From Candidatus Hydrogenedentota bacterium (GTDB taxonomy: Bacteria > Hydrogenedentota > Hydrogenedentia > Hydrogenedentales > SLHB01): a stretch of DNA of 64,000 bases. The translations under genes and the position numbers were made by a program. Of this stretch, positions 28,579-39,756 are shown piece after piece. The stretch's first letter is position 1, and the number at the start of each line of letters is the position of its first letter. The notes under the pieces were generated by a model. The model worked only from the letters and a program-made list of their open reading frames with translations, was not told the origin of the DNA and searched no databases. Where the stretch lies: assembly GCA_020848835.1 (NCBI GenBank), contig JADLHJ010000061.1, positions 29,456-93,455 of the forward strand. Direction: 5' to 3'.

Positions 28579-28791
28579 TTAATTATTGGGGCGAAATTTT
28601 TCCGCAGCGTAGGCAATTGCGGCATGTATGTGTTTGGGTTCAATTCTGGGATGTGCTTCTACGATATCATCAATCTCAGAGCCCTCCGCAAGCTCCTCCA
28701 AGATAATTTCGACTGTGATGCGAGTTCCTTTAATCACCGGCTTACCCAGCATGACTTCCGGTCTGCGTTCGATGTATTCTCGCCAATCCAT
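28579..28791 (-). CDS. DUF433 domain protein (antitoxin-like), orphan.
   Basis: GKPVIKGTRITVEIILEELAEG matches the DUF433 core. No DUF5615/PIN partner adjacent. Confidence 0.65.
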   Translation of the reverse strand: MDWREYIERRPEVMLGKPVIKGTRITVEIILEELAEGSEIDDIVEAHPRIEPKHIHAAIAYAAEKFRPNN

Positions 28792-28829
28792 TGTCTGTAA
28801 CTCCTATTCAAGAATAGCACATTTGGAGC

Positions 28830-29819
28830 ATGCCTATGCCACGGGTTTTTGTTGCACGCCAGATTCCGGATGCCGGATTGAAATTACTATACGACGCGTT
28901 TGGGAGAGACAGCATCGTCGTCTTTCCCGAAGACCGCATCATCTCGCGTGCGGAGTTGATTGCAGGAGTGAAGGGGGTAGATGCCGTCCTCCCAATTCTC
29001 ACGGACAAGATTGACGGCGAAGTGCTCGACGCCGCTGGTTCGCAGCTCAGGATCGTCGCGAATTTTGCGGTGGGATATAACAACATCGACGTGCCCGCCG
29101 CGACAGCGCGCAAAGTGCCGATAACAAACACACCGGGCGTTCTGACAGACACAACCGCAGATTTAACCTTCGCGCTGATTCTAAGCGTCGCGCGGCGCAT
29201 GGGCGAAGGCGAACGCATGGTGCGCGCGCGCCAATGGCCGGGCTGGGGGCCCATGCAATTAATGGGTTCGGACGTGTTCGGCAAAACCCTCGGTATCTTC
29301 GGAATGGGCCGCATCGGCCAGGCGGTCGCGAAGCGCGCGACGGGTTTCGATATGAAGGTGCTTTACACAAACCGTAAGCCGCTCGATACCGCACTGGAGA
29401 AGCAGCTCAACGCACGCTACGTCGATAAGGCGACCCTGCTCGCCGAGTCGGACTATCTCAGCATTCATTGCCCGCTGATGCCGGAGACGACACACGCATT
29501 CGGCGCGCCCGAATTTTCGACGATGAAGAAATCCTCATATCTCATCAACACATCGCGTGGGCCCGTGGTGGATGAGTCTGCCCTTGTTAAAGCGCTGAAG
29601 CATGGCGATATCGCAGGTGCTGGGCTCGACGTATACGAACATGAACCCACCTTGCATGAAGGTTTATACGATTGCGAGAACGCGGTCATCGCGCCGCACC
29701 TCGGCAGCGCCACGCTGGAAACGCGCGGCAAGATGGCGAGCATCGCAGCCACAAACATCATCGCGCGATTGCGCGGCGAACGTCCGCCCAATTGCGTTAA
29801 CCCGGAAGTGCTGGATTAG
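28830..29819 (+). CDS. D-isomer-specific 2-hydroxyacid dehydrogenase (glyoxylate/hydroxypyruvate reductase-like).
   Basis: GIFGMGRIGQAVAKRA NAD motif. ...HIAPHLGSAT... family pattern. Confidence 0.85.
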   Translation: MPMPRVFVARQIPDAGLKLLYDAFGRDSIVVFPEDRIISRAELIAGVKGVDAVLPILTDKIDGEVLDAAGSQLRIVANFAVGYNNIDVPAATARKVPITNTPGVLTDTTADLTFALILSVARRMGEGERMVRARQWPGWGPMQLMGSDVFGKTLGIFGMGRIGQAVAKRATGFDMKVLYTNRKPLDTALEKQLNARYVDKATLLAESDYLSIHCPLMPETTHAFGAPEFSTMKKSSYLINTSRGPVVDESALVKALKHGDIAGAGLDVYEHEPTLHEGLYDCENAVIAPHLGSATLETRGKMASIAATNIIARLRGERPPNCVNPEVLD

Positions 29820-29935
29820 GCATCGCCAAGAAACAAACCGAGGGCCGCCCACATGGACGGCCCGCGGATCGTTGGGTGCCAGTGACTGGCGAGTCGGGAA
29901 CCCAGCTACTGGCTGAGATGGGCGAATTAGGCGCG

Positions 29936-30364
29936 TTACGCCGTCGGCTCTTCGATCTTCACGCAGTCGTCTTTGTTGATCTCGCCGTCATCATTCTTGT
30001 CGAGCCGGTGAAACGCCGCTTCGTCTGCATTCGGGAATTCAGCCTGGAATTCTTCGAGCGTCACGCTACCGTCACCGTTAGTGTCCGCTTCCGTCAATCG
30101 CTTCAGAATGCGCGCCCGTTCGTGCCAAGGGATGTCTTCCTTTGACAGAACACCATCGTCGTTCTTATCAAGCACGTTGAAGCGATCTTCGGACGCGTTC
30201 GGGAACTTGGTCAGAAATTCTTCCAGCGTGACTTCCCCGTTCTGATCGGCGTCCGCTGCCTTGATTAAACGACTAAGCGGCGGGGGACATCCTCCACTAG
30301 GTTCTGCAAATACGGGGGCGACTGCGAACGCGAACAATGGTGCTAGCAAAAGATACCGATTCAT
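29936..30364 (-). CDS. Secreted EF-hand calcium-binding protein (4 EF-hand loops).
   Basis: Signal peptide MNRYLLLAPLFAFAVAPVFA. Loops DADQNGEVTLEEF, DKNDDGVLSKEDI, DTNGDGSVTLEEF, DKNDDGEINKDD. Start refined to 30364. Confidence 0.8.
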   Translation of the reverse strand: MNRYLLLAPLFAFAVAPVFAEPSGGCPPPLSRLIKAADADQNGEVTLEEFLTKFPNASEDRFNVLDKNDDGVLSKEDIPWHERARILKRLTEADTNGDGSVTLEEFQAEFPNADEAAFHRLDKNDDGEINKDDCVKIEEPTA

Positions 30365-30555
30365 ACATGTTTTCCTTTGTCGTTTTCCACAGTTACCCGA
30401 GTGCGCATCCCGGGGGTGCCGGTTCGCAGCATCCAACACGCCCTCGACAGAAAAGTTCCGCAGATTGGCGGGGGTGTTGGCGCTGAAGACAGTCAATTGG
30501 TTTTAAATGGGCGCCCGCATGGTAGATTGTAGTTAGGCAAAGGGTGTGGTGAGGC

Positions 30556-31278
30556 ATGGAAATTCTGGTTGGTAGTGATGACATGCGCGTGCGCTTGGCC
30601 GCGGTCGTGCCCTGTTACAACGCCGGCGCGCGCGTAGAACCGGTGGTGCGCAGCCTGCTTGAGCAGCTCGAGCACGTGGTCGTGGTGGATGACGGAAGCA
30701 CGGACGGCGCGACGGCCCCGCTGCAAGCGCTCGGCGCGAGCGTGATCCAGTTTCCAGAGAACAAAGGAAAAGGCTTTGCCATGCTCGCGGGGTTTCGCGC
30801 GGCGCTCGCCGCGGAACCTGTGCGCGGCGTAGTCATTGTTGATGCGGACGGCCAGCACGACGCCGGCGAACTGGCACACCTCTGGGAGACCTTTGTTCGA
30901 CAAGACGCCGATCTCGTCATCGGCACACGCACCTTTGATGGCGCGCAGGTGCCACTGCGCAGCAAGATTGGAAACAAGTTTACCGCTACGGCCACCCGCA
31001 TCTTGATCGGCGCTCCTATCGCCGACACGCAATCAGGCTTTCGCGTCCATTCGCGGCGCTTGCTGGAAGATATTTTGAAAACAATCAAAGGCGGCCGTTA
31101 CGAAACGGAAATGGAAATCCTCGTGAACGCTGCCCGCGGCGGTTACAAGATCGCGGCGTCACCCATTCAAACCATCTACGAAGCGGGCAATCCTTCATCG
31201 CACTTCAACAAATACCGCGATTCGTGGCGAGTCATACGGAAGCTCTTCGGCGCTGCCTTCAAACGCAAACGGAAGTAG
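30556..31278 (+). CDS. Family 2 glycosyltransferase (dolichyl-phosphate mannose synthase-like).
   Basis: VVPCYNAG...VVVVDDGSTDGA...DADGQHD GT2 signature (DxD). Confidence 0.8.
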   Translation: MEILVGSDDMRVRLAAVVPCYNAGARVEPVVRSLLEQLEHVVVVDDGSTDGATAPLQALGASVIQFPENKGKGFAMLAGFRAALAAEPVRGVVIVDADGQHDAGELAHLWETFVRQDADLVIGTRTFDGAQVPLRSKIGNKFTATATRILIGAPIADTQSGFRVHSRRLLEDILKTIKGGRYETEMEILVNAARGGYKIAASPIQTIYEAGNPSSHFNKYRDSWRVIRKLFGAAFKRKRK

Positions 31279-31285
31279 GCTCCAA

Positions 31286-32017
31286 ATGAGCTCCTCGCGA
31301 GTCGCCGGTCACGAAGATAACTCGAAGCGCTGGCGTGCAATCGCGAGCTCACCGCGATTGTGGGTCGGGGCACTTTGTTTACTCATGCTTTTCAATCCAC
31401 TTCTCGTGGGCAGCGGCGGAAGGTGGTTGTGTAGTCAGCCGCAGCAAAGCGTGATGTTCAACCTGCATCCCTTAATTTTCAATAATTATGCAGTTGTCGC
31501 AAGTTTGTGGGTCTTCGCTATCGCCGGAATATTCGTCACGCTTGTCTATCAGCTCTTTCAACACGATCGCCGGGAGCGCGTGTGGAAAACGATGCTTCCC
31601 CTTGGCGTTGGCGTTGCCGGCTTATTTACTCTGCCGTTCATGGTCGACTTTGACGCTGTGGAGAAGCAGGCGTTTATTCGTATTTCCGCAAATGCGCGCC
31701 CGATCATGGAGGCGCTGGAAAAATTTAAGGTCGAGAATAGCCAATATCCAATCACTCTGTCCCAGCTTGTTCCCATCTATCTTGAAGAATTGCCTAGTCC
31801 CGGCGTTGTGGGCGCGCGCGAATACGGTTATAGGTATCCCGGCCGTCGCTACGCATACATCACAGGTGAACGCGAGCCGGCAACTTACGAGCTATTCGTT
31901 CGCATAGGTATAGAAGACAATTTTTTCTATATACCGGATGAAGCCAGGCGATTGGACATTCTGAAGTGGGGCGTGTTCTCTCGGGAAGCCGACGGCTGGA
32001 TATACGAGAACACCTAG
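31286..32017 (+). CDS. Hypothetical membrane protein (243 aa).
   Basis: Several predicted TM helices; no motif. Confidence 0.45.
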   Translation: MSSSRVAGHEDNSKRWRAIASSPRLWVGALCLLMLFNPLLVGSGGRWLCSQPQQSVMFNLHPLIFNNYAVVASLWVFAIAGIFVTLVYQLFQHDRRERVWKTMLPLGVGVAGLFTLPFMVDFDAVEKQAFIRISANARPIMEALEKFKVENSQYPITLSQLVPIYLEELPSPGVVGAREYGYRYPGRRYAYITGEREPATYELFVRIGIEDNFFYIPDEARRLDILKWGVFSREADGWIYENT

Positions 32018-32201
32018 CCCTGCCTGATAATTTTCTGTAAACCGCAACTCACCCTCATACGTTAAAAATACCGTACGTTTATGCTTTGACGAATTGGGGA
32101 ACTTGTTGTGCACAGCGGATCAATTCATTACGACCTATTGTTTTGATTGGTATCCTCTGGTAACATATTGAAAATGCAAGAGTTGTCTATGTTTGGAGTA
32201 A

Positions 32202-33938
<1,737 letters not shown>

Positions 33939-33939
33939 G

Positions 33940-35151
33940 ATGCCGCAGTTCCAGTACGAGGTGAAGAAGGGGCCAGGGCCAGCCACGTCGGGTGTGCTCG
34001 AAGCGGAGAGCCGCCGCGCCGCTGCCGCGCGATTGCGCGACATGGGCTACTTTCCGATCTCGATCGAGGAGTACGCTGGCGAAAAGCAGAAGGATGTTTT
34101 GCTTCGCGCGATCACGCGCGTCCGCCTCAAAGAGCGCAATATTTTCTTTCGTCAACTCGCGACGCTAATCGAATCGGGCATGCCTTTGACGCGCGCCCTC
34201 TCAACCATCGCGCAACAAACCACGAATTCAAGATTAATCACCGTAGTCGAGCAACTTCGCGATGACGTGCAGAAGGGCAGCACCTTCGCGGAAGCGATGG
34301 AGCGGCACCCAAAAATCTTCACGTCCATGCACTGCAACCTTGTGCGCGCGGGTGAGACCGGCGGCATGATAGAGGAAGTTTTGTGGCGCATGGTGCAGTT
34401 CGGCGAGCAGGACGAGGAGCTTCGCGCCAAAGCGGTATCTGCAATGATTTATCCGGCCATCCTGATGTTCATGGGTACCGCAGCGATTTTCATTTTAACT
34501 TCGTTTGTTTTCCCAAAATTTCTATTGCTCTTCAAAGACTTTGGCGTGGAATTGCCCGTGCCCACGAAGGTTGTCCTCGCCATCTGCGGATTCATGGGCA
34601 ACTGGTGGTGGGCGGTGCTTCTCGTTGTCATCGCGATAACCTTCGGCGTCGTTTCCTATTGGAGGACGCCGGTGGGGCGCGTGTTTTTCGATCGCCTGGT
34701 GCTGCGCGTTCCCGTGTTACGAATGGTCATACAGAAATATGTGATGGCCCAATTCGCACGTACGCTAGGCACACTGCTCGATAACGGCGTGCCGGTGTTG
34801 CGGTCACTGCGGATCACTGTTGAAACCTTGAGCAACCGCGCAATTGCCGAAGAAGTCGATGTCGTGCAGTCGCGCGTGGCCGAGGGAGACAGCATCAGTT
34901 CGGGCCTTGCGCAGACGAAGCATTTTCCGCCGATGGTGGTGAACATGTTCGTAATTGGGGAAGAGAGCGGCAAGCTCGGCAACGTTACCAAGCGAATGGC
35001 GGATGCCTACGACATTGAAGTCGATCGCGCCGTGAAGACGCTGACGGCGCTGCTGGAGCCTTTAATGATTGTCATTATGGGCGTGCTCGTTGGGGGGCTT
35101 GTGATATCCATGCTCATGCCGATCCTAACCATGAGCGCAAACGTTTCGTGA
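33940..35151 (+). CDS. gspF: Type II secretion system inner-membrane platform protein GspF (two T2SSF domains).
   Basis: ~400 aa, 3 TM, duplicated GspF/PilC-type domains. Start overlaps the gspE stop (TGAGATG). Confidence 0.85.
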   Translation: MPQFQYEVKKGPGPATSGVLEAESRRAAAARLRDMGYFPISIEEYAGEKQKDVLLRAITRVRLKERNIFFRQLATLIESGMPLTRALSTIAQQTTNSRLITVVEQLRDDVQKGSTFAEAMERHPKIFTSMHCNLVRAGETGGMIEEVLWRMVQFGEQDEELRAKAVSAMIYPAILMFMGTAAIFILTSFVFPKFLLLFKDFGVELPVPTKVVLAICGFMGNWWWAVLLVVIAITFGVVSYWRTPVGRVFFDRLVLRVPVLRMVIQKYVMAQFARTLGTLLDNGVPVLRSLRITVETLSNRAIAEEVDVVQSRVAEGDSISSGLAQTKHFPPMVVNMFVIGEESGKLGNVTKRMADAYDIEVDRAVKTLTALLEPLMIVIMGVLVGGLVISMLMPILTMSANVS

Positions 35152-35169
35152 GACGTGGAGGAAACTAAG

Positions 35170-35574
35170 ATGAAAGCAAACGAAGGCTTTTCACTGCTGG
35201 AACTGATTCTCGTGATGGTCATCATGAGCATCCTCGCGGGCATGGTCGCCTTTGCCGTCGCGGGCCGCGGCAATCAGGCACGCGAAACACGCGCACGCGC
35301 GGACCTTTCAACCTATCAAAATGCAATTGAGGCATTCGCGCTGGAGCATCAGGACAAATATCCAAAGTCGATCAGCGAACTCGCGACGCCAAACAAGAAG
35401 GGTATCTCGTACATCCTCAAGATAAAGCCGGATGGATGGGGCAACGCCTACGTGTATTCCTATCCCGGTAAAAAGAACAAGTACGACCTGTATTCGATGG
35501 GCGCGGACGGAATTTCAGGAACCGAAGACGATCTTTCCGTGTGGGACGATGCAGAAAAGGAATCCGCGCAATAA
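35170..35574 (+). CDS. gspG: Major pseudopilin GspG (prepilin-type N-terminal cleavage/methylation).
   Basis: NEG|FSLLE prepilin site with Glu+5. C-terminal ...PDGWGNAYVYSYPGKKNKYDLYSMGADGISGTEDDLSVW matches the GspG signature. ATG at 35170, GGAGG 8 nt upstream. Confidence 0.85.
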   Translation: MKANEGFSLLELILVMVIMSILAGMVAFAVAGRGNQARETRARADLSTYQNAIEAFALEHQDKYPKSISELATPNKKGISYILKIKPDGWGNAYVYSYPGKKNKYDLYSMGADGISGTEDDLSVWDDAEKESAQ

Positions 35575-35583
35575 CGCGGTCGC

Positions 35584-36099
35584 ATGCGCGTGAGTTCGGT
35601 CAAGGATAAAGGCGGTTTCACCCTCCTTGAAATGGTCGTCGTTCTGATGATCGTTATGATCATGACCGCCGCGGTGTTGCCCATGTATCAAGGCTCGGTA
35701 ACCTGGGCGCGGCGCGATAAGTTCACGCGCGACATCGTAGCGCGAATGAAGTATGCGCAGGAACGCGCCATCGCGGACGTTACCGAATACCGCTTTTACC
35801 TTGACGAAAAAGAGGGCGAATTCTGGCTGATGCGTAGTGCGGGCAAGAAGGACGGAAAAGAAGAATTCGCCGAGGTCGATGACGCCGGTGCGACGCGTGC
35901 GCGGTTGCCTGAGTCGCTCGAATTCGACAAGCCAAAGGCCTCGCAGGACAAGGATCGCAAAGCGCATTACATTGCGTTTTACCCCGGCGGCGCCTGCGAC
36001 TATGCGACCGTGACGATGAAATATGATAAGACCGAGGAGATCACGATTAATACCAAAGGCCGGCTCGGTCAGCTCGAAGTAGAACGGGACGACAAGTGA
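35584..36099 (+). CDS. gspH: Minor pseudopilin GspH-like.
   Basis: KGG|FTLLEM prepilin N-terminus; position in operon. Confidence 0.65.
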   Translation: MRVSSVKDKGGFTLLEMVVVLMIVMIMTAAVLPMYQGSVTWARRDKFTRDIVARMKYAQERAIADVTEYRFYLDEKEGEFWLMRSAGKKDGKEEFAEVDDAGATRARLPESLEFDKPKASQDKDRKAHYIAFYPGGACDYATVTMKYDKTEEITINTKGRLGQLEVERDDK

Positions 36100-36581
36100 T
36101 CCGCGCGCGGCGTAATGAAGGCTGGGTGTTAATCGAGACGCTGGTGGCGATGGTGCTGCTGAGCGTTGGCGTCATGGCGATTAACCGCGCGCTGGTGGAA
36201 GCATTGCGAACGCGCGCAATCGCCAAAGACTATACGGTCGCGCGTTTCCTGCTCGATGAAAAGATGGGCGAATTGGAAATGCAGCCCGTGGTGAACGAAG
36301 GCGACAGCGGCGCGGGCGCGTTCAAGGATCAAGAACGCTTTTCCTATTCATGGTCGGTGGCGCGCGTCGATTTGCCGACGCCCCCGATTCCCGCAGAGTT
36401 GCAGCAGCTTTTCGTTGAGCCGCCAACCTTGCCGGAGCCGAATCTCGGACGCATATCGGTGACAATCAAGTGGACGCGCGCGGGCCGCGAGTTCGATGCG
36501 ACAGGGGAAACTTTGATCTCAGCGCAGCGTATTTTGACGCTGGAGGAGAAAAATGCGCTCGCGCAAACTCCAGCAAAATGA
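36096..36581 (+). CDS. gspI: Minor pseudopilin GspI-like.
   Basis: GTG start overlapping the gspH stop. NEG|WVLIE prepilin N-terminus, ~160 aa. Confidence 0.6.
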   Translation: MIRARRNEGWVLIETLVAMVLLSVGVMAINRALVEALRTRAIAKDYTVARFLLDEKMGELEMQPVVNEGDSGAGAFKDQERFSYSWSVARVDLPTPPIPAELQQLFVEPPTLPEPNLGRISVTIKWTRAGREFDATGETLISAQRILTLEEKNALAQTPAK

Positions 36582-37305
36582 TGGCTTCACACTGGCCGAA
36601 CTGCTCGTTGCAAGCACCGTGCTCGCGATCGTGCTCGGCACGGTGTATACCGCGTTTTCGTCGTCCGTGAGCATGTGGAAAATCGGTGAAGCGAATATCG
36701 CTGCGTTTCAAGACGCCCGCACGTCGTTGGATTTTGTCACGCGCGAGCTACAGAACATGGTGCCCGGCGCCGCGCACTTGTTCGTAGGTGACGATACAGA
36801 GTTTGAGTTTTATGCCGTTACCCGCCCCATGAACGTCGAAGACGGCGCGGAACCGCGTGTGCTCTGGATCAAATATCGCGTTAAGAACGATCCGAAATCC
36901 GAGGGTAAACTGTTTATTCGCGAAGAGCGCCCCGTGGAGAGTCCGCTGCCTTCCAAGGCGCCGGAAGACGGCAAGGTGGATGACACGATCGTGAAGCTTG
37001 GCAGCGAATCGCAATTCGAGCTGGCGGCCGGCGTGAAGAAGCTGGAGTTGCATTATTACTGGGTCCAGCCGAAGGAAGATGAAGGGCTGCTCGGCGCGGA
37101 TCCCGGCGCGCCCGCGGAATTTGTCATTCGAGACGAACACGAAGAAGGCGCGGGCATTCCGCAGGCGATTCGGATCGATCTGATCATGATCGATCCCAAC
37201 GCTGAAAAAGGAGAGACGAAGTTTTCGACTTATGCGGTAATGCATGGCCCGACGACGAAATTGACCGAAACATCGGTGGACGCCGAAGCCGTGGTGCCGC
37301 AATGA
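36553..37305 (+). CDS. gspJ: Minor pseudopilin GspJ-like.
   Basis: NDG|FTLAELLVA prepilin N-terminus, ~250 aa. Confidence 0.6.
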   Translation: MRSRKLQQNDGFTLAELLVASTVLAIVLGTVYTAFSSSVSMWKIGEANIAAFQDARTSLDFVTRELQNMVPGAAHLFVGDDTEFEFYAVTRPMNVEDGAEPRVLWIKYRVKNDPKSEGKLFIREERPVESPLPSKAPEDGKVDDTIVKLGSESQFELAAGVKKLELHYYWVQPKEDEGLLGADPGAPAEFVIRDEHEEGAGIPQAIRIDLIMIDPNAEKGETKFSTYAVMHGPTTKLTETSVDAEAVVPQ

Positions 37306-38285
37306 AGCATCGCGAAGAAGGCTTTGTCTTGGTGGCGATGATTTGGATCGTGGCGATACTCGCGGTGATTACGCTTGGATTCGCGCACCGCGCGTTGCTC
37401 GATCAGCGCGCCGCAGCGCTGGCGTTGGACCATAGCAAGGCACAATACATGGCGCGCGGCGCGGTGAACTACGCCGTTGCCGATATGCGTAACAAGGCAT
37501 ACGTGGACGGCCTCATCGAGCGTGCGCGCGCGCAGCTGACCGGCGCAGCGCAAGCAAACGCGCCGATCGGTGAAACAGTGCGACCACTTCGTAAATCGCC
37601 GAATCTACTTGCAGGCGATAGTTCGTATTCGGGTGCAAACGTTGGCGACGGCAACACCGCGTCGTATTCGGTCGCGGATGAAGAGGGCCACATCTCCGTG
37701 AACACGGCGCCGGAAGAGATACTTGATAATATCGATTCGCTCGGCATGCGCACCGTGTCCGCGATCATGCGCCGCCGCGATACCGAAGAAGCGCCAGAGG
37801 AGCGGGAGCAATTTCTCGCGATAGAAGAGATTCGTTTGCTCGACGACATTGACGAAGAGGACTGGCTGGGCGACGATGACACACCAGGCCTGCGAGATTT
37901 GTTCACCATCTACGGTGACGGCAAGATCAACGTGAACACAGCGCCCCGCGAAGTACTACTGGCTATTCCCGACATTGACGAAAGCACGGTTGATCGCATT
38001 GTCGGCTTTCGCCAGGGCGACGACGCGAAACTCGGCACCGAAGACGATCGCTATTTCCCGTCGCTTGAAACGATGTCGCGCCAGCTCGAAATCGATCCGA
38101 CAAGCCTTGCGCCACTCGCAAAGTATTGCACCTTCGAATCGCACTTTTTTACAATCACCGGCTTCGCCGCGCTGCGCCAGGGAAAAGTCCGTGCGTCAGC
38201 GCAGGCAGTCGTTCACGTACAGCCCGGGAGCGCCGCGGTGTTGACCTGGTCGGAGGGGGAATTTGGCCCGCAAGACGCATATTAG
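37302..38285 (+). CDS. gspK: Minor pseudopilin GspK-like.
   Basis: EEG|FVLVAM prepilin-like N-terminus lacking Glu+5, as in GspK. Two ...NVNTAP... motifs (HISVNTAPEEIL, KINVNTAPREVL) typical of GspK. Confidence 0.7.
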   Translation: MKHREEGFVLVAMIWIVAILAVITLGFAHRALLDQRAAALALDHSKAQYMARGAVNYAVADMRNKAYVDGLIERARAQLTGAAQANAPIGETVRPLRKSPNLLAGDSSYSGANVGDGNTASYSVADEEGHISVNTAPEEILDNIDSLGMRTVSAIMRRRDTEEAPEEREQFLAIEEIRLLDDIDEEDWLGDDDTPGLRDLFTIYGDGKINVNTAPREVLLAIPDIDESTVDRIVGFRQGDDAKLGTEDDRYFPSLETMSRQLEIDPTSLAPLAKYCTFESHFFTITGFAALRQGKVRASAQAVVHVQPGSAAVLTWSEGEFGPQDAY

Positions 38286-39744
38286 CATCCTGCAATTCGA
38301 CGAACGCACAATCACGCGTTTGCGCGTGAAGCGTTCGCCGAAGGGTGTGGATTGTGTGTCCTACGACGTCGAGTCCGGCGCGTGGTCCTATTCGGACGGC
38401 ACGCTTGCCGAAGCCGTGCGCACGTTCGCAAGGGCGCATCAGCTAGCAGAAGATTCCATTTGCACCGTGCTACCGCGTCATGAAATGACCGCACGTATCC
38501 TATCGCTGCCTACGCAGAGCGCCGTCGAAATCGAAAGCATGGTGCAGCTCAGCGCTGAGGAATATGTGCCCTATCCCGCGCACGAGTTGGTCATCGATCA
38601 GGCCGTGCTGCAAAAGAGCGGTGACGGCACATCGAAAGTCATTGCCGTGTTCGCGCACCGGGATGTTGTCGAGGCGCACGTCGATGTGTTGCGCAAATGC
38701 GGAATCGATCCAGAGCACATCTATGTCAGCACGGCATGCTTGGCATCGGCGCTGCAAGCGGCGCGCGTTGAGGAGCAGCGTTATGCGCTGGTAAATCTTG
38801 CATCTGGCGGAGTCGAAGTCCTGGTGATGGAAAATGGCAGGCTTTCCTATGGCCGCGGTGTAGCCGCACAGCACAATTGGAACAATCTCTCTCGCGCGGA
38901 TTCGCAGGAAATCGAAGACCTCGCGATGGAAGTCCGCGCATCGCTATCCGCGTATCGCCGTGAAAGCGAAGAAGGCGAAGGCGTTGACCGCATCTACGTG
39001 AGCTCCGACTATGCCGATTGTGCGGCCGCGGCGAACGCGCTCGCGGAAGCGACGGGATATGAGTGTGCCCCCGCGAAATTTGCGGCGTCGTTGTTCGAGC
39101 ACGGCTCAATTCCCGCGAAAGGATTACCGCTTGTCTCCGCAGGTGCGGCGCTTTCAGCGCAGGGCCGCGGCTCGCTCGCGATCAGCCTTGTGCCTGCGTC
39201 TTTGGTGCAGGCGCGGCAAACGGGCGAATTGCGGCGTTCGCTGCTCAAGGGCGGTGGCCTCGCCGCAGCGGTGGTGCTTTCCGCATTGGCTGTATTTGGC
39301 CAGGCCTATTATCAGCGCGCCTCGTACTCCGGCGAGCTTCAAAATCGCATTGACGCGATTAAGGAAACCGCGGAAACCGCGCGCAGCCGTCACGCGCAAT
39401 TGCTGCGGCTTCAGCAAAATCTCGATCGCCGCGGGAGCGCGCTCGAACTCCTGGCCGCGGTGATCGAGCTCATGCCGCGCGGCGGCATGACGATTACCCG
39501 CTTTGCTTATGCGCACAACGACGCACTGACGATTCAGGGGCGCGCGGAGTCGCAGGGTCTCGCGACGGATCTCGCCGATGCGATGCGCGCCGCAGGCGCG
39601 AAGGACATCCCGCAGTTTGCGCGCGTGCGCGGCGGTGCGTTCAAACAAGAGATGGAGCAGGACCGGCAGGTCTGGCAGTTCGAAATCATCGTGCCGCTCG
39701 CGCCGGAGGAAGTGACGGAAGAAGGCGAGGCCTCAAATGAGTAA
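38263..39744 (+). CDS. gspL: GspL-like protein: cytoplasmic actin-like (PilM-type) domain, one TM, periplasmic PilN-like domain.
   Basis: Domain order read from sequence: N-terminal ~280-aa soluble domain, TM GGLAAAVVLSALAVFG, coiled coil, C-terminal alpha/beta domain. Position between gspK and gspM. Confidence 0.55.
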   Translation: MARKTHISILQFDERTITRLRVKRSPKGVDCVSYDVESGAWSYSDGTLAEAVRTFARAHQLAEDSICTVLPRHEMTARILSLPTQSAVEIESMVQLSAEEYVPYPAHELVIDQAVLQKSGDGTSKVIAVFAHRDVVEAHVDVLRKCGIDPEHIYVSTACLASALQAARVEEQRYALVNLASGGVEVLVMENGRLSYGRGVAAQHNWNNLSRADSQEIEDLAMEVRASLSAYRRESEEGEGVDRIYVSSDYADCAAAANALAEATGYECAPAKFAASLFEHGSIPAKGLPLVSAGAALSAQGRGSLAISLVPASLVQARQTGELRRSLLKGGGLAAAVVLSALAVFGQAYYQRASYSGELQNRIDAIKETAETARSRHAQLLRLQQNLDRRGSALELLAAVIELMPRGGMTITRFAYAHNDALTIQGRAESQGLATDLADAMRAAGAKDIPQFARVRGGAFKQEMEQDRQVWQFEIIVPLAPEEVTEEGEASNE

Positions 39745-39756
39745 GGCGGCGCGCCA

